A DNA stretch of 64,000 nucleotides from Hydrolagus colliei. Its lineage: Eukaryota. The DNA lies in assembly GCA_035084275.1 (NCBI GenBank), contig CM068756.1:1240001-1304000 (forward strand). Reading direction: 5' to 3'. Positions 50,716 through 61,345 of this stretch are shown here, one piece after another (position 1 is the stretch's first letter; each line of letters opens with the position of its first letter). The notes under the pieces were generated by a model. That model did not search any database. It saw only the letters and a list, made by a program, of their open reading frames with translations, and was not told the origin of the DNA. The position numbers were made by a program, and so were the translations under genes.

Positions 50716-52009
50716 TATCTGCAAACATGATCCAGTTCATTGGAACGAGTTAAAGAGACCACACTGTGGTGTCGCACACTGGAGCTGTGAGGTTGTGGGA
50801 CACGATTCCTGCAGTAGATTCCTTCACCATCTGATCCTCGGCTCAGCTGCCAGAGGGAGATGTTAAGCAGAGGCCAAGTTCTTTGCTTGGAGAGAGAGAG
50901 AGAGAGGGAGGGAGGGGAGGGAAACCCAAGGCACAGTCACCACAGCTAGCCTGCTCCAAGCGTCTAACAGCGTCAATAAGTCACCTGCCTAACACCTGAG
51001 GCACAATAAGTGAGAGGTCAAAAGAGAACGCAAAGTAATTCACACCCAAACTAAAAAAAAAGCTTTAAAAGTAATGAAACAAACGGCAAAATCTGAGAAC
51101 TGGACACGCTACAAAGTGGACAAACTGTAAATTATTACGGGTGACTGTTGTTGTAGCAGTGACATATCAACTCTTCTCACTCTGCGGAGAAAAAGTCTCG
51201 TCGCACCAAGTTGCACACCTCACAATCAAACAGTCCCTCGCAGAAGAGGTGGGTTTGTCTTTCAACGGATCGCTTTAATGTTCTTCGTTGTGGAGTTGAA
51301 GACACGAGCAAGAAAATATATACAAAATGTCAAAAGTTTTCAGCGTTGACTTGGGCAATTTTGTTTACACGAACTTGCTCAAGCTCCAGGCTGTTTCATC
51401 GCGGGAGTCAATAATCACGCCTTCAGCACTGATTCACAGATAACACCCCCATTCAGTTTTTCAAGAAAAGGCCTTTATGATTAAATTAATTTGACGCGCT
51501 GGGAAAGTCTTGGAACACGATATGGTGCATGTATTTGGAGGTAGGGATTTCATTTCCACCAAGCGGTCTGACTTGTGTGTTTTGGTCAGTTAGGTGTCTG
51601 CTACATGCAGAAACCTATCACCATGCTTAAGGATACCCAAACCGAGCAGAGAAATCCCTCATCTGATACGAGGGAATATTCAGTGGATGGAATATATATA
51701 TATTGGCATGTGGAATATGATTGATGTAAGTTGAATTCCAATTGCACTGTTTTACCAGCTTTGCTGCGCAACTTTTCAAATAACGTTCAAAAAAAATTGC
51801 CATTTGAACAGTACCCAAGTCATTCACAGATCAAACTGTGTGTTTCAGTGAGACAAAAGACCTAATGCATCATTGGAATAAAAAGGAGCATAAAACTGGG
51901 TTTGAATCTTTTTTTTAGGGGGGTGGCAGAGAAGATTTTTCATCTGCGAGGAGTGAATGTTGACTGGAATAGATTTTGAATCCAGTGCCATTTGATATAC
52001 ATTTAAATA

Positions 52010-52138
52010 ATCACCCGTAAAATATATAGTCAATTCATTTTTAAGATATATTCTGTGAAGTGCCCAGAGACGTCTCGGAGACATGATAAGGCTCCATATC
52101 AAATGCGAGGATTTAAAAAATTATTTATTATTATTATT
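52010..52138 (+). mobile_element. SINE tail fragment
   Basis: agtcaattca...attctgtgaagtgc...gagacgtc...atatcaaatgcgagg. Confidence 0.8.
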
Positions 52139-53409
52139 CGAATGATCTAACGGGAGGGGAGATAGGGGGAGGAATTCAAGAAGTCTTACAACACTTGTAA
52201 GGGAATCTTAAACAGAGAAATGGAGCAGGCAACTCATTGTTGTAAGAGGATGCAAGGAGAATCTTTCCGATTCCCGACAGAGAGGACAAGAAAATCAGAG
52301 ACAAGTCCCACCCCCCAGGGTGCTCTCTCACACCTCCTTGTGGTCAGTTGTTGTCTGCAGCAAGATACAGCTGGCGACAGGATATTTGTCTAATTGTGAC
52401 TGATATGTAATGTGTGTGTTGGGGGTTGAGGAAGGGGATTGAGGAGAGAAGAGAAGAGAAAAGAGACGATAAAGAAGGGAGAACTCGTGGAAAAATACAC
52501 GCAAAAGACTGTGCCGCGACGTTGGGTTTCAAGAAAGGCTGACACGCAGGCATCGCAAAAGGGCAGTGCAATTATTTTTCAGCAAATTTCAGAAACATTA
52601 ATTATAAATTAACAGTGAACGGCAGCTCCATCATAACCAGAGAGAAGAAAAGCATTGCCATTTGAGCGGCAGCCGGGTTTTTAAAGCAGAAGGTTGGTGG
52701 TGGTGGTGGGTGGGGGGGTGGGGGAGGTTGAAGAAAGGAAAGAGAGGAAAGAGAGAGAGGGAGAGAGAGAGAAATCACGAGACAATAACAGGCAACAGAA
52801 ATGGCCTGGGTTTGCATTTGCAGACAGAAACACCACACATACAAACACACACACACACACACAATCATAGGCTGAAAGGTTATGTCGACCAAGAGGGCAC
52901 GGTGCTTATTTCATCTTTCTTTCTGCAGGCTATTTTCTACTCATCGTGCGTTTGAAACACAAGCCAAAGGCCGGCATAGCTCACCTATTTGAAGTGCGCT
53001 TAGGGCCGAGGACATTAATGCTGTCATGAGCTGCAATCAAATCATGTTGAAATATTCACCAGTGGGTCGGAAAATGCAATGGTCCAGCCACGACAAGCGA
53101 GGAGGAAATACAACACCCACTTTCCATTGTGATGGAAATATCAGGCCATTCTGAATATGCAGAAACCCAGAAAATGTATTGATTTTTCATTTGGAATAAA
53201 AATCACATAACCTGAAACTGTCAAATCCCTTTGTTAATAGCTCGTCCCCAGTAGCTGCAGTTTGGCGTAAACAGATTTTAATTGCTGTGCGTTTGCTCCA
53301 GTAAAAACTACTCATAAAAAGGACAAAACAGTCCAGGAATCTCTTTCTCCCTAAATTCTGTTCATTTCCCGTTTTTTTTAATGGGGGTGCGGAAAGCGGT
53401 GGCGGGGGT

Positions 53410-53440
<31 letters not shown>

Positions 53441-53714
53441 TAAACGCTCCAACAAACTCCATAATTAATACAATATTATTCTGTTGTTCCAAATACAGTA
53501 GCTGTTGTGTTGACCTAAATAACGTCGACTTTAAACCAGCAGCAGAACAACCCCCACCCACCCACCCACCCACCCACCCACACTTGGGATGAAATTCTAA
53601 TGACATTATTCACTCTGCAGCAATAACGGATCATACCGTTCTCATTAGACACCTATTTTTTTTCCGTCTTTCCTCTGTGCCCCTTTTTTCGTTTCCTCGG
53701 TGTTGGGGAGGGCG

Positions 53715-53783
53715 AGCACAGGTCTGACCGTGGACGGCGCTATATAAATCAAAGTTGTTGTTGTTGTTGTTGTTGTTGTCGTT
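53715..53783 (+). mobile_element. Retroposon 3' tail ending in (TTG)n; related tails near 23930, 43930, 48675, 54330, 54495 and 54810
   Basis: ggcgctatataaatcaaagttgttgttg... Confidence 0.6.
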
Positions 53784-55969
53784 GCACTGCCCTGACTGAG
53801 ATGAGGCAGAATAACTGAAGGACAAAAATGATGGCTGATCAAGCCCAACCTTGGACAGTCACAAGTCACACACGCCACTGACACTAAGTCACACCTTTCA
53901 AGGACGTCGCTATTACAATCCCACATTCCTTGGTAGTTTGGGGACCACTTTCTCAAACCTTCCGGTTGGCATCAGAGTGAAGCCACGAACAAACATGGTG
54001 TCAAACGACCAAGAAAGGTGCTGGAGGGAGGGAGGGGGGGGGGGGGGGGGGGGAATATGCTCTTTCAGTTAGGTTTCAGCTTTCAAACCTGATCCAACCT
54101 AATGAAAAGATATTGATCGGAATTCTGTGTTTGGCAATCCCTGGGCCTCAAATGCATTTTAATCTAATTCCATGAAATGATGGGACAAGGTGAAGTGTTT
54201 CCGCGAGTCACCTCAGTCTCTATGTTTGTACATAGAGAGTGGGCCATGATACAGTGGTGACTTACGGCTGACATTCTGGGCCCTGAGGAAAAATATTTCC
54301 AGCTAGCCTGACCGGACTACTGTCTGTGCCCCGTGCCTTGGGACACGAAAGGCGCGAAACAAATGTAATTTTATTGTTGTTGTTGTAGTCTTTGGCTGTA
54401 ACTCCTTGTGGTCGCAACATTTTACGAGTGTGCAGGAGAAACAAGAAAGGATAAAGACCGGAACAACTCAGATGGGGGGGGATAAAAAAACTCAACAAAA
54501 ACAACAACGTCGATTCTTATGGCGCCCTCCACGTCTCAGATTAAAAAACTCACACAATACCAGTTAATGGGCTGAAAAGAGAGGCAAGACGGAAGTGGAA
54601 CACAGGTGGGTGTAAAAAAAAAACCACTACGAGCAAAAAGAAAAATATTTAACACAAAGGTTTGGAGCTGTTTATCAACCGAAATATTCACCCACTCTGG
54701 GCATGTGACTAGGTTTAGCAGATTTGCATCTTAAATTCAAGTTAATTACATGGTACCTTTAACCTAGATATGGGCAGATCAGTCACTGGGGACAGGCATT
54801 TTTTCTCCCAACATGAAAGGCGTTTGAAATAAAAGTAAGTTGTTGTTGTTCCTATTCGGTTCCTATCGACCCTACAAGTTAAAGCCCCAACTGGTACAAG
54901 ATTGCCACACATTGCTCTCTCTCAATGGCAAGTTCTGTGGTTTTAGTTAGTCAAACTCCAGCAGTACCTAACACACACTCTGGGGATTTCCCAAGCTTTA
55001 ACTCTTGCCAAACCTGTCCTAACATTCTTTGGACTTAAGTGAGGAGGTTGCCTCTCTCTCTCTCTCTGATTCCATTCCAGACATAGGGGAATTTTCATGC
55101 GTAGTTGACGTGTGGGACACCCCAGTCTGGTTAGCATAATAGGCACAATGATGGCCTTCAGAGTGTCAGACACCAGGCTGACCGAAAACTATTTGAACCT
55201 AGAAACTATTAAATGGGCTTCGCTAAACAGGTGAATTTGTTAGAATATTTTTTTCAGCTTATGAAATTCTGAGAGAAGTGAGCTTTGCTTAGCTGCAAAT
55301 GATCCTCTTTAATTTTTTTTCATTGAACTAATTATTAATTCATGATGTTGCACCATTTGTGTGTACTGTAAGTGTGTACGGATACACCCTCAAAGTCATT
55401 TATATGCAAATCGTACCTATGGAAATAAATGCCCGAGATAAGCACATTTTCACCAAATCTTAATTTGTTCTAGAGACCCGGTCTATCCAGTCTTATATGT
55501 AAATCTATTCTGGATATAAGAAATGTATTATGTGTGTATTGCCTTGCTGCTCAGAGAACAACGTATATTAATAGACCAGAAGCATGTAATAAATAGCATT
55601 TATCATTTTGAATCCTTACTGCACTTTGAAACTCGCTTTGCACAGCTTCCTCGTTAAGTCATATTCAACAATTATACAGGCACTGGGCTATGCAGTCAAT
55701 GCAAACAGGTAAACAAAGTGATATTCACATAATGTGTGAGTGAGGAGACACCTTTCAATACACTGCAAAGCATTCAAGCTCAAGTACACTGTGATACCAC
55801 CCTAACCCACCAAAAGTGTCCGCACCACAGTAATGCACATCTTCCAAACCATCTGACCACCAGGATTCAAACCCAGTAGACTGCCAGTGATCGGAGATCT
55901 GTGCTACACATCTCCTTCCTCCAAGCAAACATACTAGCTCGATTAGATCACTGTTTGATTAACTTGATT

Positions 55970-56286
55970 GTGGAGTTCTGTAACTCAGTGGTTAGAGCAC
56001 TTGCCTTTCAAGTGAGGGACCTGGATTCGATTCCAGGCAGGGCGAAACATTGGGCAAGTTTCCTTACTTCACACGCCGGACAATAATCCCTCAAAAAAAT
56101 AATGAATTGGTCATTTCAATCCACGACTGTTTTGTGGGACACTGCTGTGCGCAATTGGCTGCCACGTTTCGGCCACATATATACAGGAAGTTCACTTTAC
56201 AGTATATTCCGTGAAGCGCTTTGCGACGCCTAGAAGATGTGAAAAGCGCTATATCAAATGCAAGGATTATTATGGTTATTATTACT
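55970..56286 (+). mobile_element. Near-full-length tRNA-derived SINE (DeuSINE-related 3' half)
   Basis: A box taactcagtgg (55981), B box ggattcgattcc (56023), core gctgtgcgcaattggctgccacgtttc, tail gaaaagcgctatatcaaatgcaagg(att)n. Confidence 0.9.
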
Positions 56287-59200
56287 ACAGGGTACTGGTG
56301 ACATACTTGCACTCACTCTGGCTGATTGGTATCAGACCCCATGTTTGCATGACAATCTGATCTCCTGCTCCCAAAACAACAATTATCTATGAACCTGCAT
56401 GACTAATAAAAAATTACCATTACTGCCTCATGTACACAACACCTGTGTTTTGCATCAATACATGCTCCCTGCTCCCCGCCATCACTCACCCACTCTCATG
56501 TCTGAAGACTATAACAGGGAGAAGAGGAGAATTGCAGTTGAAGTCAATTTGGATTCAACAGAATCCATCCTGTTTGGCAACATTACCTTATCCTATTGGA
56601 TTTTACATTGTATCAATTGTCTGATTATTCTGCTGAATTTAGGTTCAATTAAAATTACTCACGCAGGTGAATTTAACACTGCGGCCAATTGCAAAATCCT
56701 TAATTTAGACAAGCTATCAGTTTCCGAGGCGTTATATAATTGCTTTATTCTCAAAGCAAGTTCACAGAATGCCCTCTGCCATTAAAACCTTGCCATCTCA
56801 ACCTTGCTTTGAAAAAGAGGAAAACAGCCTCTTTCTTTTTAGTATGTACACATTAATATTCAGTTTGTATTTTCATTTTGTAGCACAAGTAAAAAAAAAT
56901 CCCGCAATGAACTGCGTCTCTCCACTTCACAATATTTCTGTTATCTGAACACCAATTACTATTGCTGTGTACAGTGGTACATCATTAACTTCTCTTATTG
57001 GCCAATAAAATGTGCAGTGAACGTTAAAAAAAAAGCACACATGGCTCTTAAGCATTATCATTGATAAGCCTTTCTCCAATGCCCTATACTAACTGTAAAA
57101 TCCTGGATGGCTACCTTTGCTGGTCACGTTAGGTTTCTTTCCCCCCCCACTCCCTCCACCCCCCACCCCCACCCACCCACCTTCGCTTTCCCAGTGTCAT
57201 TTAAATCAACTGATGTATTTACTGTCTAGAATGGCTGAATACATTCCAGGTCACAGTGCAAAACAAGACTGGCTAATTGCATTCTGTACTTCACGGCTGC
57301 AAAGCTTCCATCTCCTATAACAACAGCATGCCTGAAGTGGTAAGAATATTCATCAAGCACAAATGGCACAGACACCTCCTTGTTATGATTCTGCAAGACC
57401 AATCACTACTGCCCTAAGGTCATTTATAAACCTCAGCCCACTACTAACAGCAAAACAAGTGAGTGGCAAAGCTCTCCCTTTCATATTAAAATGACACATC
57501 AACACACACGCCAACAAAGAACTTCTGAGAAAGAAATCAAGAAAAACCCTTCAGGACCAGGATCAGGGGTCAGTAACCTGGATGGAAATTAATACAGATT
57601 CTATTTTCTTAAATCATTAGAGTAGGAAGCCTGCTATTAAGCTGTAGAATCTAAATGATGATGAACTTGATCCTTTGAATTAATTCTCCCCTCCTCTTCT
57701 CCCAAACCAATCCTGTTTATATTTGGTACGTCGAGTTACGGCAGCAGATGTAAGCAGCATTGCCAGCCCTGTGAATCTCACACAATCAATGTATACCTGA
57801 TATTTTTCACACTTAAATATCAGGAGGGACATCAAGGCACCCGATTAAAAGCAACATGCTGTCAATAACGGTTCGAGATTAATGTTGTTTTCGCAAGTGA
57901 GATTTAAAGAACAAGGAAGATTCTGAGGTGCAGAACGAGTGCAGATCGGTAGTGAAACTAAGCTTCACTGTCGTGCCGTGAGCGATAAAATCCCCGCGCA
58001 CACCCCTTCTGAAACGTTACAGTCCTTAAATCAATAACAACTGTGGTGCTCCCCATCTTTGTGGATGGTACGAGACACCTCTCAATGAATTAGGAGGCAG
58101 CAGTCTATCAAAGGGTATTCAGGCTACGTTGCGTATTGTCACAGCAATGTTTTTGTCTGAACCCCCTCGACTGGATTGCCCGGCTCGCGCGGCTGCTGCT
58201 GTTTAATATACACACCGCCTCAGATCTCCTTTCGCATTTGAGAAGATAAGACACAGAACAAAGAATGTAAGGGATTTTCTGACAAAGGGCCCAAGGGTAT
58301 ATTGGATTTGAGACCCAGGATCCATTCTACAAACTGGTTAATTTTATTTACAGTGAGTTGAAAGAAAACAAGATGTGCATATATTAGATAATATTGTACC
58401 TATGATGACATTTAATGTAACCAGCTATATTTCAAAGGAAGCCTATTAATGTCTTATTTATATATTTTTATATATTGGAATTGGTTATCCCCCCCATCCC
58501 CACCAAAATCTAGAAAAGCCAAATCTATAGGCTAAAGGGCATCTCGGAGAACACAAAATCACTTAAACCTAGTGTCTAACAGGAAGCTGAGTGGAGTAAT
58601 GAGCCAACATGTTTGAATCTGTGTTGCTTCAGAGAAGTGGAAGGATCTGAGTAATTGCATTTTCCCCCCCACTACCGATAATCGTTTCAGCAGAGGAAGA
58701 ATTCAAGCTTCCTCAATTCAACAAAGACTTCCCTGGGAAAAAAAAATAATCTGAACTGACTGCAATTTCAGTCCCCTAGTCTGCTGCATTCATTTATACC
58801 AGGGAGGTCGCCAATGTCAAGTGCATGCTCTTCAATTCTTACAATTTTCCTGTTCCTGACATCCACGAGTGTGCTCGCCTCAACCACACAGTCGGGAGGC
58901 AACCAATGTGCAAACGATTAAACGTATACAATACATCAGCCGTGAGGTTCAAAAGAAAAATTGCATTGCAGCACCAAACAGCTCCGCGTGGAGTTTAGTT
59001 ATTTTTGCAACAACAAAAAAAACCACAGCAGTTAAATACTCAGATGAAACAAGGAGTTCCCCCTCTCCGTTTTCAATGAAGCTTTTTAAAAAATATATAT
59101 ACATTGGAGGTAAAAATCCTAAATGATCCAGTAGGTGCCAACGTGCATTTGGTGAGGACAAGAGTAGATTTCTTTCCCCCTCCCACTGCCTTTTCTGTCC

Positions 59201-59469
59201 CACTTAGAGTACAATGGCTCATCTTCCACCACTGAAAGCTGCAGCAGCCCTTTTCAATGATAGACATGTCAATCTTAAACCGGTTCCATAAATTTATAAG
59301 AACCGGTGACTTATGCACTTTTAGGCAAACTCAATAAGAGCAGATAAACCACGGCAGTAAATGCAGAGTTAGGTTTATTCCTCCACCCCCACACCCACCC
59401 GGAATAAACCTTTAAATGGAGCGCAACTGGATGAAATGGCCACGAGAATTGAAACTTATTTTGGAAAAA

Positions 59470-59598
59470 CTACTACTACTACTAATAATTAATCCTCGCA
59501 TTTTGATATAGGGTCTTATCACGTCATCGGGTCGTCTCAAAGAGCTTCGTAGAATAAATTGTAAAGAGGATTGCCTGTGTATTTTGTGCGCGAAACTA
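59470..59598 (-). mobile_element. SINE tail fragment
   Basis: cctcgcattttgatatag...cgtctcaaagagcttc...gcgcgaaac. Confidence 0.75.
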
Positions 59599-60817
59599 GA
59601 TCTTCCTTTGATGTTCCTGAAAGTATTTTGCAAGAAAGTGCTCTTATAGACACAGTCGAGCAGCCTGCCAAACCCTCATTCTGTGCTTGAAAAATGGCCA
59701 TTTGGGCAAATGACACAGGATGGAAGATTCCCACAGAATACTCGCACTCTAGTCTGAGGCAGTCTGGTCAGGGTAGAAATCGGGGGAGACCGATTAGGGG
59801 CTGGATTTGGCTTGAGAAATAGACTTGGGTAATTTCTGAATTGGCAGTCTCTCTGAAGTCACAGTTCAAAGCCACAGAGACCAGAGAAAATAAATTTTGG
59901 GTTCCTAATCCCAGCTGTTGTTCGAATTGGATTATCAGACCTGTATCTCTATCTGCATTACGCTTGTGTGCATTTGAATAAAGGGTGTTTTATTTGTCTT
60001 CCCCCTTGGTGTGTTTTTTTAAAATATTCTGCAACGATTGGCTACGTCAAAAATAAATTTTTAATCGGGTGGGATTTATTTTGGTGTCTGCCCATCGTGG
60101 TAAATGAAGCAAATAAATAATTATCAGAGGTGCATAAAGCACAAAATGTACTTAAGTGCGCCCTTTAGAATGCTTGGTTATCGGGAGGTATGAAACTGTT
60201 GCATGGAGTGAAACAGAAACGTCTTTGTAAAATCGGAAAACACCTCTGCTCCAATAATCTGCTTCCCTCTTTCTATATATATAAAAAAACAAACACTCAG
60301 AGCTAAGAGTTTTGTGGCACCTGTGATAAGAATTTATTTCTCTCAATTAGTTGGGCTTGTCCCCAGTCCCAGTTCATCAGCTCAGAGCAGCAAAGTCAAT
60401 GAAAGCGCCAGTAATGAAGTAATCAGATGCAGCCAGGCTCGCTGGCTTTGCTTTGACCACCACGGAAGGACAGCCTCTTCAATAACAGCCTCTAAGGTAA
60501 CTCAAAGACTTGCTCTTCCCATCGCAGCTCCCTGTTGCTCACACAGGCGCTGACATTACACTTAAACCAGGGAGAAATCAATGCAAGGTGACAAAAAGTA
60601 GGGTCGTTCGGAAAAAAAGGCGATGCTATCAGTGAAACACAGACTCACACAGTCTACTCCTTGTCTCGGACCACCCAAAATCCTGAGCGTTTATCTAGAT
60701 TTCTCCTCAATCTCCTGAGGAAACACTCCACACATGCACAAAACATGCAACCATTCTGCAGTAGCACAGATAGCATTGTGAATTTGCCAAACTGTGGATT
60801 CTCATAAATATGATCTA

Positions 60818-60878
60818 ACAATAATAATAATGCTTGCATTTGATATAGCGCTTTTCACGTCTTCTAGGCTTCTCAAGA
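60818..60878 (-). mobile_element. SINE tail fragment
   Basis: aataataataatgcttgcatttgatatagcgcttttcacgtcttctag. Confidence 0.85.
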
Positions 60879-60984
60879 AAAGAATCAATGAAGACCAGGA
60901 GTGGGATTTCTCCTCAATAATACTTGAATGTGTTTCATTCACTACTATCAGGCCATGTGTCTCACATCTATTTGGAAGAACAGA

Positions 60985-61345
60985 ACTTTGTATTTGGGAC
61001 TTTGAAATCGTGGTCTCGGCTGACCCTCAAATATAGTGCTGAGGGAATGCTGTATTGTTATGAGGTGCAGTAATATGATGAGTCATTGAATCGAGATTCC
61101 ATCTGCCTGTTCAGCCCGACATCATGGCCCTATTTGAAAAGCCAAGGGAGTTCCTCCCAGTGTCTCAGCCAACAAAACTCCCCCAAATACATTTGGTTAT
61201 CTGTGGCACATCTGCTTTGTGCAGACTGACTGTTGTGTTTGCCTACAAAGTACACAGTCACTACACTTTACGGTAAACCCTGAAAGAACTTTGACACCTT
61301 CTCCCGATGTGAAAAGCGCTACAATCCAAAGCAAGAATTATTCTT
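60985..61345 (+). mobile_element. Older DeuSINE (SacSINE1-like) copy retaining the central Deu domain
   Basis: ggctgacc...agtgctgagggaatgctg...gatgag...atctgcctgttcag...atggccctatttgaa...gggagttc...cagccaac...cagtcactacactt...gtgaaaagcgcta. Matches the DeuSINE layout as remembered; not database-checked. Confidence 0.75.

Noticed and set aside
53511-53521. Isolated RORE, plus a D-box at 10188-10195 and single octamer motifs
   Set aside because: Short motifs at chance frequency with no supporting context.
55971-56045. tRNA gene (also the heads near 30790, 37660 and 42590)
   Set aside because: Each continues into a SINE body and tail, and the anticodon-loop sequence differs between copies.
30602-61345. 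CRISPR-like array of recurring repeats
   Set aside because: Copies are dispersed, on both strands, variable in length and irregularly spaced; no cas genes; vertebrate context.
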